Shown here one piece after another: positions 10,650-18,365 of a stretch of 42,823 bases of DNA (position 1 is its first letter; the number at the start of each line of letters is the position of its first letter). The notes beneath the pieces were generated by a model. It was not told the DNA's origin. It worked only from the letters and a program-made list of their open reading frames with translations, and made no database searches. Location: assembly GCA_017538085.1 (NCBI GenBank), contig JAFYJP010000151.1, positions 1-42,823 of the forward strand, in the 5' to 3' direction. Both the position numbers and the translations under genes were made by a program. The DNA comes from Bacteroidales bacterium. GTDB taxonomy: Bacteria > Bacteroidota > Bacteroidia > Bacteroidales > BM520.

Positions 10650-11138
10650 ATGAAAAGAATTAAAGGTTTGATAATAAGTATCTTAATGATAACTGTAGCT
10701 TTTGTTTCATGTGACAGTGAAACGGCTCATGTTGCTGAATATTATAGTAATAGTTCCAACGTATTGGGTGGAAATGAAAAAAAGCAGCCCAAACTCGTGT
10801 ATTATTATTCCGGCACTGACAGTACGAATTGTCGGGAAGTCCAATTTTATGATGATGGCACAAAGAAGATAGAAGGTCGTCATAAGAACGGAGCGCGGGA
10901 TGGTGAATGGACAGCGTGGTATCGTGATGGCAGAATATGGAGCCGCGGTAACTATAAGGATGGTTATGCAGAAGGCACTAGAAGGGTATATCACGAAAAT
11001 GGGAAATTATATATTATAGGTGACTATAAGCATGGCGAACGAGTCGGAGAGTGGATTTTCTACGATTCATTAGGAAAAGAGATGAAGAAATTGAATTATG
11101 GACCTGCCAAGGATGTGGTTCCAGAGACTAACGAGTAA
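10650..11138 (+). CDS. MORN-variant repeat lipoprotein (family often annotated as YwqK-like)
   Basis: Signal peptide ending in a lipobox-like VSC, then repeated G-x-W-x-x-Y/W-x-x-G units (DGEWTAWYRDGRIW, GYAEGTRRVYHENGKL, GERVGEWIFYDSLGK). The ATG at 10650 is preferred to the TTG at 10638. Confidence 0.65.
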   Translation: MKRIKGLIISILMITVAFVSCDSETAHVAEYYSNSSNVLGGNEKKQPKLVYYYSGTDSTNCREVQFYDDGTKKIEGRHKNGARDGEWTAWYRDGRIWSRGNYKDGYAEGTRRVYHENGKLYIIGDYKHGERVGEWIFYDSLGKEMKKLNYGPAKDVVPETNE

Positions 11139-12150
11139 AGTCTTTGTCGCTTAACTCACTGAATTTCTTTATCCTGCAGAGATAGTGTTTCATCACAATT
11201 GATTTCTTGTATATATTAGTGACGTGGGCGTGTTTTATTGCTTTACGTTTTGCTTTGAGGCTGCGGAGATGTCTGATAAAATACAGATGTCCGCGAATAA
11301 CAGCCCATAAGTCACTGAAACCGCCATCGACAAGGAATTTTATGGAAGCAACAAAATCCAAAAACCAACGAGTGAAAAGTACAATGGAGACTTTGCCGTC
11401 GGGGAGATTTTTGTAAAGCATCATGATGTTGTTGCGCATGTTCAGGTATGTCTTCCGCGATGAGCTTTTAGGTAAGGTTCCACCGCCTATGTGATATACT
11501 ACAGAATCAGGGCAATATCCGATTTTGTAGTTGTTTTTTTTCAGCCTCCAGCACAGGTCTATTTCCTCCATGTGAGCAAAGAAATCGCCATCAAGTCCTC
11601 CGACTTTCCAGAAGGCATTGGCTCTTACGAACATGCATGCGCCTGTTGCCCAGAATATTTCGGCATAATCGTCGTATTGCCCGTTGTCGGTTTCTATGTT
11701 CTGAAAAATTCTGCCTCTGCAGAAAGGATAGCCCAGATGGTCGATGAAACCGCCTGCGGCCCCTGCATATTCGAATTTGTCACGCTCATAATACGAGAGC
11801 AGTTTCGGCTGGCAGGCAGCATAGTCTGCGTTTTTGTCCATAAATTCTATGACAGGCTGAATCCAGTTTGGTGTGACTTCTATGTCAGAGTTTAAAAGGA
11901 CATAGTATTCGTAGGTGGTGAGCTGTTGCAGCGCTTTGTTGTATCCTTCGGCAAATCCCCAGTTACGGTCTAATTTTATGGTTTTTACTGTCGGAAACGA
12001 TGATGAGATGAATGTTACCGAGTCATCGCTGGAAGCGTTGTCGGCGATTACGACATCTGCAATTCCCGAACATGTTTCAATCACTTTTGGAAGAAACTGT
12101 TCGAGGAATTTTTTGCCGTTCCAGTTGAGAATGACTACAGCAACGCGCAT
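11128..12150 (-). CDS. glycosyltransferase family 2 protein
   Basis: Motifs VAVVILNWNG and ADNASSD plus a DxD-type region. Start set at the ATG at 12150 (MRVAVVILNWNG), which lies 1 nt after the upstream stop; the longer ORF would overlap the GWxTD gene. Confidence 0.8.
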   Translation of the reverse strand: MRVAVVILNWNGKKFLEQFLPKVIETCSGIADVVIADNASSDDSVTFISSSFPTVKTIKLDRNWGFAEGYNKALQQLTTYEYYVLLNSDIEVTPNWIQPVIEFMDKNADYAACQPKLLSYYERDKFEYAGAAGGFIDHLGYPFCRGRIFQNIETDNGQYDDYAEIFWATGACMFVRANAFWKVGGLDGDFFAHMEEIDLCWRLKKNNYKIGYCPDSVVYHIGGGTLPKSSSRKTYLNMRNNIMMLYKNLPDGKVSIVLFTRWFLDFVASIKFLVDGGFSDLWAVIRGHLYFIRHLRSLKAKRKAIKHAHVTNIYKKSIVMKHYLCRIKKFSELSDKDFTR

Positions 12151-12151
12151 T

Positions 12152-13609
12152 TTAGTATGGATTGTCGAAAGTGCGTTGTAAATGTTGGCCCCATATTTCT
12201 TCGTATTCGGTGTCATCGTTGATGATTGGGGCGTTGTGATACAAGTCGAACTGCCATTTAGGATTGCTCAGCTCGCCTACGACATCGGAATGAACAAGGT
12301 CGTAGTCTTTGATTGCGGCATCATGTGTGGCGAAAACGAACCTTTTGTCACGTTGGCCTGCAATTTCGTAGTATTGCCATATTTCGTAAGGGATAGTGCT
12401 TGCGGGTATTACATTTTTTTCGACATGGTTAGGTGGCCCATACTGCAGGTAGATACGGCCGCGGTCAGTGTCGTAGCCTTTTCTGAACACATTGCCGTAG
12501 GTTGCATTGACCTTTTTGACTTCACCCATGTAATTGTTGAATGCCTGCTCGGGTGCAAGTTCATCACGTTCCGACCAGAACATGGATATGAACTGCTGCA
12601 TTATTTCAATGTTGGTGACGGTATCAACTTTGTTGATGAAAGGACGTTCACTCAAAGTGGCTTTAGGCATCATGGAATGAATTATTGAACGCAGTGTGTC
12701 CACACTGGTGAATTTGCTGGCAAAGGAATTGGTCAGATTAATCGCTGAAATCATGTTTTCGCTGAGTTCATATTCAGGATTGTAACGTTGGAAGAATTTT
12801 TTTGTCTTTATAACTTCCTTGCCGGTTTCATCAAGTACGCTGATAACCAACCAATAGTTTCCTGTAGGTAACGTTTTTATATTTATATTGTTGAGTAAAC
12901 ATGTCACAGGTTTGGCATAATCCACTTGGATTTTGTTTGAGCCTTCAATGATGTGACCTGCGTTTTCATAGCTTTCGATATAAGTCATGATAGCCATGCG
13001 GGTATTTTCTCCGAGGAATTTGTCGATATTGTAAATCTCATTGTAGTATGTGAGTTTGTCGCGTGTTTCCGGGAAATATGTTGAAAAATAAGGTATCATG
13101 TCATATCCGCCGCGTGTTATCATTGATTTATTCTCAGATTTGGAATATGAGTCGATGAAACAGATTGTTGATGAACTGACCACATCTTTCGGAAGTCCCA
13201 TGCTGAAAATGACGTTTCCATTGACGATTTTTGTAGTGTCATTCTTATCCTTGATGGTAAGTTCCAGCAAATAGGAGGAGTTTTTCAGGAAGATGCGCTG
13301 TTGGTCAATGATATTGTTTGTGATATTTAAGGTGTCACTGGTGGGAATGCCTGTCAGTTCATATTTCAGAAAGTCGCTGATTACATTATTGTCTTTGAAT
13401 ATCATGGTGACCTGGGCGGCGGAATTGAAGTGTCCGTCAGCTGTTTTCACTTGTTTTAGCTCATTTTGGGGAATCATAAGATATGTTTCCAGGTATGTTT
13501 CACCTTCGGCAGTACTGAAGCAACCATAGTTGAAGTTGACTGTAAGACTCTGACAATTAGCCATCAATGCAGCGAATATCAGAAGCAATGTTATTTGTGT
13601 TTTATGCAT
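12152..13609 (-). CDS. GWxTD domain-containing secreted protein
   Basis: N-terminal signal peptide. The C-terminal signature is KGYDTDRGRIYLQYGPPNHVE...PYEIWQYY, a GWxTD-type motif with Y in place of W. Confidence 0.65.
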   Translation of the reverse strand: MHKTQITLLLIFAALMANCQSLTVNFNYGCFSTAEGETYLETYLMIPQNELKQVKTADGHFNSAAQVTMIFKDNNVISDFLKYELTGIPTSDTLNITNNIIDQQRIFLKNSSYLLELTIKDKNDTTKIVNGNVIFSMGLPKDVVSSSTICFIDSYSKSENKSMITRGGYDMIPYFSTYFPETRDKLTYYNEIYNIDKFLGENTRMAIMTYIESYENAGHIIEGSNKIQVDYAKPVTCLLNNINIKTLPTGNYWLVISVLDETGKEVIKTKKFFQRYNPEYELSENMISAINLTNSFASKFTSVDTLRSIIHSMMPKATLSERPFINKVDTVTNIEIMQQFISMFWSERDELAPEQAFNNYMGEVKKVNATYGNVFRKGYDTDRGRIYLQYGPPNHVEKNVIPASTIPYEIWQYYEIAGQRDKRFVFATHDAAIKDYDLVHSDVVGELSNPKWQFDLYHNAPIINDDTEYEEIWGQHLQRTFDNPY

Positions 13610-13630
13610 TTTAGAAAAAATTTATTCATG

Positions 13631-13638
13631 CAAAGATA
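13631..13638 (-). promoter_or_regulatory. -7 promoter box (minus strand TATCTTTG) for the GWxTD-GT2 operon
   Basis: Exact TAnnTTTG, 21 nt upstream of the ATG at 13609. Confidence 0.55.
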
Positions 13639-13678
13639 AATATTTTTCAGAAAATAGTCTTCAATAAAAAAAAAGTTG

Positions 13679-13686
13679 TACTTTTG
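13679..13686 (+). promoter_or_regulatory. -7 promoter box TACTTTTG for tRNA-Ser
   Basis: Exact TAnnTTTG, 13 nt before the first tRNA nucleotide and preceded by an A9 tract. Confidence 0.55.
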
Positions 13687-13699
13687 CAGCGCAAATCAC

Positions 13700-13784
13700 G
13701 GAGAAATGGCAGAGTGGTCGATTGCGGCAGTCTTGAAAACTGTTGTACCTTCGGGTACCAGGGGTTCGAATCCCTTTTTCTCCG
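13700..13784 (+). tRNA. tRNA-Ser (anticodon UGA)
   Basis: Cloverleaf folded by hand. Acceptor stem GGAGAAA/TTTCTCC, anticodon stem GCAGT/ACTGT with loop CTTGAAA (anticodon TGA), long variable arm GTACC-TTCG-GGTAC, T-loop TTCGAAT, discriminator G. No encoded CCA. Confidence 0.93.
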
Positions 13785-13861
13785 CTTCCTTTTTAAATAT
13801 CGTTTCATAAATTTATTTTCAAAATAGTATTTGCTTTTTTGGCAAATCCTCATTTTTTCCT

Positions 13862-13869
13862 TATTTTTG
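13862..13869 (+). promoter_or_regulatory. -7 promoter box TATTTTTG for cstA
   Basis: Exact TAnnTTTG, 20 nt upstream of the ATG at 13890. Confidence 0.55.
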
Positions 13870-13889
13870 CAGGATAAATTCGGATTAAA

Positions 13890-15437
13890 ATGATAACATT
13901 TCTAATTTGTCTTGCTTTACTAATTACAGCATATTTTACATACGGTAAATTTCTGGAAAGAATTATCGGTGTAAGAAACAATACTGAAGTACCTTCAAAA
14001 GTCAGTTATGACGGTGTTGACTACATTCCTCTTCCACGTTGGAAAATATTTCTGATACAATTGTTGAACATTGCCGGACTTGGACCAATATTCGGTGCAA
14101 TATTGGGGGCGGCATACGGCCCTGTGGCTTTCCTTTGGATTACGCTTGGCGGTATTTTCATGGGTGCAATGCATGACTTCCTGTCAGGTTATATGTCCCT
14201 GAAAAACAACGGTTGCAGCCTGCATCAGCTTGCTAATCTGTATCTTGGCAAGAACACCAAACTTATGATGAGCCTTTTTACTGGCCTGTTGATGATAATG
14301 GTCGGTGCAGTGTTTATGTCGCAGCCTGCAGTGCTTATCAACAATCTGATTCATTATGAAAATCCATTTTTCACAACAGTGGCAATTGACAATAGTGCCG
14401 GAATTTACACAAATGGGCTTCTGATAATTCTTGCATGTATTTTTGTTTATTACATCGTTGCCACTATTTTGCCAATAGATAAGATTATTGGAAATCTGTA
14501 TCCTGTTTTTGGCATTTTGCTGCTGATAATGGCATTCGGAATGTTATATGCAATATTCTTCGAAGGTTATGGGGCGAATATACCGGAACTTACAACACTA
14601 CAGAATATGAATGCCAGCAATTTGCCGATATTCCCTATGCTTTTCACCACAATTGCCTGTGGTGCCCTGTCAGGATTTCATGCGACACAGTCACCTTTGA
14701 TGGCACGTTGTATCAGTAATGAGAAACAGGCGAGAGGCATTTTTTACGGTGCGATGATTTCTGAAAGTATCATTGCTCTGGTATGGGCGGCTATTGGCAT
14801 GGCTTTCTGGGGAAGTGTTCAGGGCCTCAATGGTGCAATTGCACAATATAACGGTTCTGCTGCACTTTTGGTCACAACCATCGCAAATTCCACATTGGGC
14901 AAAACCCTTGCAGCACTGGTGACATTAGGTATTATTGCATGCGCCATAACTTCGGGTGACACTGCTTTCAGAAGTGCAAGACTTATTTTCTCTGATCTTC
15001 TGAAAATCAGTCAGACCAAGAGTATGAACAGAATAATTGTTGCGCTCCCGGTGTTTATTCTCAGTCTTATAATTATTTTACTCCTGCCTTTCCAGACTAT
15101 GTGGAGTTACTTTGCTTGGCTGAACCAAACACTTGCGGTGTTTACACTATGGACAATCACATCATGGCTGCATAATAATAACAGACTGATGAATATCAGT
15201 GCGATACCGGCTATTTTCATGACATTTGTCTGCTCAAGTTATATTTTCATATCACCATTGATGTTTGGAATGCGGAACAGAGTTCTGGGCTTAATTTTAG
15301 GCGCTGTCCTTACTTTGATTATAATGATGATGTTCATTTATAAGATACGTATGGACAATAAATCGAGGAATTTAAGTTTGAGAGCTGGTATGACTATTGC
15401 TCTCAAAAATGCACGCGAGGCATACTTGATGAAATAA
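13890..15437 (+). CDS. cstA: carbon starvation protein CstA family transporter
   Basis: Polytopic membrane protein with the LLNIAGLGPIFGAILGA signature typical of CstA. 515 aa. Confidence 0.8.
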   Translation: MITFLICLALLITAYFTYGKFLERIIGVRNNTEVPSKVSYDGVDYIPLPRWKIFLIQLLNIAGLGPIFGAILGAAYGPVAFLWITLGGIFMGAMHDFLSGYMSLKNNGCSLHQLANLYLGKNTKLMMSLFTGLLMIMVGAVFMSQPAVLINNLIHYENPFFTTVAIDNSAGIYTNGLLIILACIFVYYIVATILPIDKIIGNLYPVFGILLLIMAFGMLYAIFFEGYGANIPELTTLQNMNASNLPIFPMLFTTIACGALSGFHATQSPLMARCISNEKQARGIFYGAMISESIIALVWAAIGMAFWGSVQGLNGAIAQYNGSAALLVTTIANSTLGKTLAALVTLGIIACAITSGDTAFRSARLIFSDLLKISQTKSMNRIIVALPVFILSLIIILLLPFQTMWSYFAWLNQTLAVFTLWTITSWLHNNNRLMNISAIPAIFMTFVCSSYIFISPLMFGMRNRVLGLILGAVLTLIIMMMFIYKIRMDNKSRNLSLRAGMTIALKNAREAYLMK

Positions 15438-15442
15438 GTGGT

Positions 15443-16990
15443 TTATTCGTGAAATATTATAGCCTGATAGGTGTAGAGTTCTGCATCTTTCCAACCATCC
15501 CAACCTATTCCAGCTTTGTCGTGTGCACAATGGCTGATGAATTCTTCCTTTGACCATGGGACTTCATCGGCAACTTGTGGAAGATAGGTTCCGCTGTAGC
15601 CGTCTTTTTTTATGAAGATTCCATCGCGGTGAAGTTGGAATTCATCTATGCTTTTGATTCGTTTAAGCGGTGTAAGCACTGATATTTCAATGTTTACGCT
15701 GCCGAGTTCATCTTTTGAAAGAGGGTAGAACCGTGGGTCGTTGAATGCGGCTGAAAGAGCCATTTCTTTTACTACGTCCCATAGCTTCGTGTCTTCGCCG
15801 AAATGTCCGATACATCCACGCAGGTTGTCATCGATTGTCAGAGTGACGAAGGCACCGCATCTGACGGTAGCCCAGGATTCCATCTTAGGGATGTCGGTTT
15901 TTATTCCCAATGCATTACTGATAGTGGCACGTGCCAGTTTGAGCAATGTTTTTTTGTTGTCTTCTGTTAATGTGAAACTCATGTTTTTCATGTCATTATT
16001 TATTGTGACCGCAAGTGCATTGTAGCCTACGACCTGATCATAGTCCCCATATTGTGAGTCACCTGAATTGCAGTATTGCAGATGTTCAATATCAAATGTG
16101 TTGCCAGTGGCTGCCTCCATCATTGATAGCAGTACCACTATTGCCATTTCGCCGCATGCACTTGTGGAAAGATTGTGGATGTTCTTGTCAGCATTTGCTT
16201 GTAGTTGGTCGATAAATTTCTCGACACTGCCTGTCATTATTGCTTTGGCTGTAAGGCTATCCACCATATTGGCGTCCTTGTAGGAAGGGTAGTGTGAAAA
16301 ATCGCTGCTGATAATGAACAGGTTACGCTCGTTGAACCATGGCTGCAAGGTCTGTGCGATGCTGCGCAATACATTCAGCCTGTTGGAAGATATGATGATT
16401 GGCACGATTGGCGGCATATTGTCTTTGTAGAGCCATCTGAGCATTGGCAGCTGTACTTCGAGACAGTGTTCGCTGCTGTGAGCATCGGCGCGGTAGCTGA
16501 AATATTTGCTTTTGGATATCAGTGTGTCGCCAAGACTGCGGTCAACGGGTACCGGTCCGAATGGAGTTTGGTATGCATCGAATGCATTATTGACAGATGC
16601 ACCGTCAATCCATACGTGATGGCTGGGACCGAGAAGGAAGATGTGGTCGTATTTGCGTGTGGTGTCAATACAGCTGATGGCTGCCATTGCTGTGGAACCG
16701 CTGAAAACGTAGCCGGCATGTGGAACTATGATTGCCTGAAGTACGTTTGATGGAGATATGGCTCCAGCTCTCTTGTCGCCGTTCCCTTTTGAATATTCTG
16801 CTTTCCACTTTGAGAACCAATTGTTTAGAGTGGTCTTGTCTGATGGGTAAAAATGGTCGGCAACAGCCATCGGTCTGATTTTGTCATAATTATCTTTTCC
16901 ACTGGATTGAGTCTGCCCTTTACATCCGTTGTTCATAATGGTCATTATTGTAATTAAAATTATGGTTTTTCTAATGCTTCCTATGGTCAT
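15443..16990 (-). CDS. fused AmmeMemoRadiSam system protein B (Memo-like) and protein A (AMMECR1), with an N-terminal lipoprotein-type signal peptide
   Basis: The N-terminal half carries the Memo signature IIVPHAGYVFSG and the C-terminal half the AMMECR1 signature CGAFVTLTIDDNLRGCIGH. The N-terminus MTIGSIRKTIILITIMTIMNNGC looks like a lipobox signal. Confidence 0.75.
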   Translation of the reverse strand: MTIGSIRKTIILITIMTIMNNGCKGQTQSSGKDNYDKIRPMAVADHFYPSDKTTLNNWFSKWKAEYSKGNGDKRAGAISPSNVLQAIIVPHAGYVFSGSTAMAAISCIDTTRKYDHIFLLGPSHHVWIDGASVNNAFDAYQTPFGPVPVDRSLGDTLISKSKYFSYRADAHSSEHCLEVQLPMLRWLYKDNMPPIVPIIISSNRLNVLRSIAQTLQPWFNERNLFIISSDFSHYPSYKDANMVDSLTAKAIMTGSVEKFIDQLQANADKNIHNLSTSACGEMAIVVLLSMMEAATGNTFDIEHLQYCNSGDSQYGDYDQVVGYNALAVTINNDMKNMSFTLTEDNKKTLLKLARATISNALGIKTDIPKMESWATVRCGAFVTLTIDDNLRGCIGHFGEDTKLWDVVKEMALSAAFNDPRFYPLSKDELGSVNIEISVLTPLKRIKSIDEFQLHRDGIFIKKDGYSGTYLPQVADEVPWSKEEFISHCAHDKAGIGWDGWKDAELYTYQAIIFHE

Positions 16991-17023
16991 AAAACAAATC
17001 TCCCAATTTAGGCGTCTGATGAA

Positions 17024-17458
17024 CTAAATGCCACTGGTTGCCACGTCTTTCAGATATAGCAAAGCGGTTTCGTAAGAGCCTAGGCCGAGGCCGCTGATAA
17101 GTCCTGTCGCTTTAGAGGCTGTTATCATATTCTGACGGTAGGATTCCCTGCCAAACACATTGGAGATATGCACTTCGATAACAGTGGTTTTAATTGCTGC
17201 AATTGCATCGGCGATTGCAACGGAAGTGTGGGAGTATCCTCCGCAGTTGAGAATTATTCCATCGTATTTTTCGTCAGCTTCATGCAGACTGTTGATTATT
17301 TCACCTTCGACATTAGTCTGGAAATAGTCGATGGTAATGTCGGAATACTTTTTCCGCAATATCTGTATGTAGTCGTCAAATGAGGTGGTGCCATAGATTT
17401 TTACCTCTCGTTGTCCTGTAAGGTTTAGGTTTGGACCGTTTAATATCAGAATTTTCAT
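17024..17458 (-). CDS. aroQ: type II 3-dehydroquinate dehydratase
   Basis: Motifs ILNGPNLNLTGQRE and VHISNVFGRE. 144 aa. Confidence 0.95.
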   Translation of the reverse strand: MKILILNGPNLNLTGQREVKIYGTTSFDDYIQILRKKYSDITIDYFQTNVEGEIINSLHEADEKYDGIILNCGGYSHTSVAIADAIAAIKTTVIEVHISNVFGRESYRQNMITASKATGLISGLGLGSYETALLYLKDVATSGI

Positions 17459-17474
17459 AGAGTTATTTTTAATG

Positions 17475-17482
17475 CAAATTTA
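17475..17482 (-). promoter_or_regulatory. -7 promoter box (minus strand TAAATTTG) for aroQ
   Basis: Exact TAnnTTTG, 16 nt upstream of the ATG at 17458. Confidence 0.5.
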
Positions 17483-17503
17483 TCACAATTTGATCAATAA
17501 CTT

Positions 17504-17511
17504 TATCTTTG
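17504..17511 (+). promoter_or_regulatory. -7 promoter box TATCTTTG
   Basis: Exact TAnnTTTG, 25 nt upstream of the ATG at 17537. Confidence 0.55.
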
Positions 17512-17536
17512 CACTGCAAAAATAATTGAATGACAA

Positions 17537-18352
17537 ATGAGTTTTATCCGTAAGTTAATATTTGCTACTTTGGGTTGGACGTTGGGGGGACCAATCGGTG
17601 CTATCATTGGTGTGGTACTTGAATCAATTTTTGATAAAAAAGATAGTCTGTCCCAAGCTGATGATGATGACAGTTCATGGACCAGCAGTGACTATACCGG
17701 ACAAGGCGGCGGTTGGGGTTATGGCGGAAATACTGGCACTGGTTACAGCCGAAGCAAATCAAAGACCACTATAGGTGATTTTGATATGAGTATCATAGTG
17801 TTGTCAGCTGCAATCATGAAGGTTGACGGTGCTGTGATGCGTTCAGAATTGAATTATGTGAAACGGTTTTTTGTCAAACAGTTCGGTGAGGATGCGGCGG
17901 CTGCCAATATCAAGATATTGCAAGGTGTTCTGAAACAGGATATCAACATATATGATGTCTGTCGGCAGATTAACAGAAATATGAATAAGCCATCCAAGCT
18001 GCTGTTGCTGCAATATCTGTTTGGGGTTGCAAATGCCGACAATTCAATTGCTACTGCAGAATTGGATTTGCTGCAGCTCATAGCACAGTATATCGGGCTT
18101 TCCACTGCTGATTTTGAGTCTATAAAAGCTATGTTCGTAGTAAAGGAAACAGTGGATTATTATTCTGTACTTGGAATTACGCGTGATGCAACCGATGAGG
18201 AAGTCAGGAAGGCATACAAGTCGATGGCTGTCAAGCATCATCCTGACAAAGTCTCATATTTGGGTGAGGAAGCACAGAAGGCTGCCCAGGAAAAATTCAT
18301 AAAGATTCAAGAAGCGTATGAACAGATTAAATTGGAACGCGGCATGAAATAA
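17537..18352 (+). CDS. DjlA-like membrane co-chaperone (TM helix, TerB-like domain, C-terminal J domain)
   Basis: N-terminal hydrophobic helix, a G/Y/W-rich linker, a TerB-like middle region and a J domain with the HPD motif (VKHHPDK). Confidence 0.7.
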   Translation: MSFIRKLIFATLGWTLGGPIGAIIGVVLESIFDKKDSLSQADDDDSSWTSSDYTGQGGGWGYGGNTGTGYSRSKSKTTIGDFDMSIIVLSAAIMKVDGAVMRSELNYVKRFFVKQFGEDAAAANIKILQGVLKQDINIYDVCRQINRNMNKPSKLLLLQYLFGVANADNSIATAELDLLQLIAQYIGLSTADFESIKAMFVVKETVDYYSVLGITRDATDEEVRKAYKSMAVKHHPDKVSYLGEEAQKAAQEKFIKIQEAYEQIKLERGMK

Positions 18353-18365
18353 TGCCGTCTCTTCA

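Noticed and set aside
11128-11138. An 11-bp convergent overlap of the MORN lipoprotein and GT2 3' ends. Similarly, there is a 5-bp gap between convergent cstA and the Memo-AMMECR1 gene, and a 13-bp gap between djlA-like and the VWA gene.
   Set aside because: This is consistent with a generally compact genome. There is no hairpin or other signal that needs explanation beyond the lack of intrinsic terminators.
11534-11541. A T8 (A8 on the coding strand) homopolymer inside the GT2 glycosyltransferase, as a possible slipped-strand phase-variation tract.
   Set aside because: The tract is short and simply encodes LKKNN. AT-rich genomes carry many such runs, and nothing here indicates variability. 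Only population or long-read data could show otherwise.
13700-13784. tRNA-Ser as a possible integration site for a genomic island covering cstA and downstream genes.
   Set aside because: There is no integrase, no direct repeat of the tRNA 3' end that I noticed, and the downstream genes are housekeeping-like.
13647-13853. 68-aa minus-strand ORF spanning the tRNA-Ser locus.
   Set aside because: It overlaps a well-folding tRNA and its promoter, so it is an artefact of the open frame.
17660-17760. A G/Y/W/S-rich low-complexity linker (SSWTSSDYTGQGGGWGYGGNTGTGYSRSKSK) in the DjlA-like protein.
   Set aside because: It looks like a flexible linker between the TM anchor and the TerB-like domain. 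Nothing in the sequence points to a distinct function.
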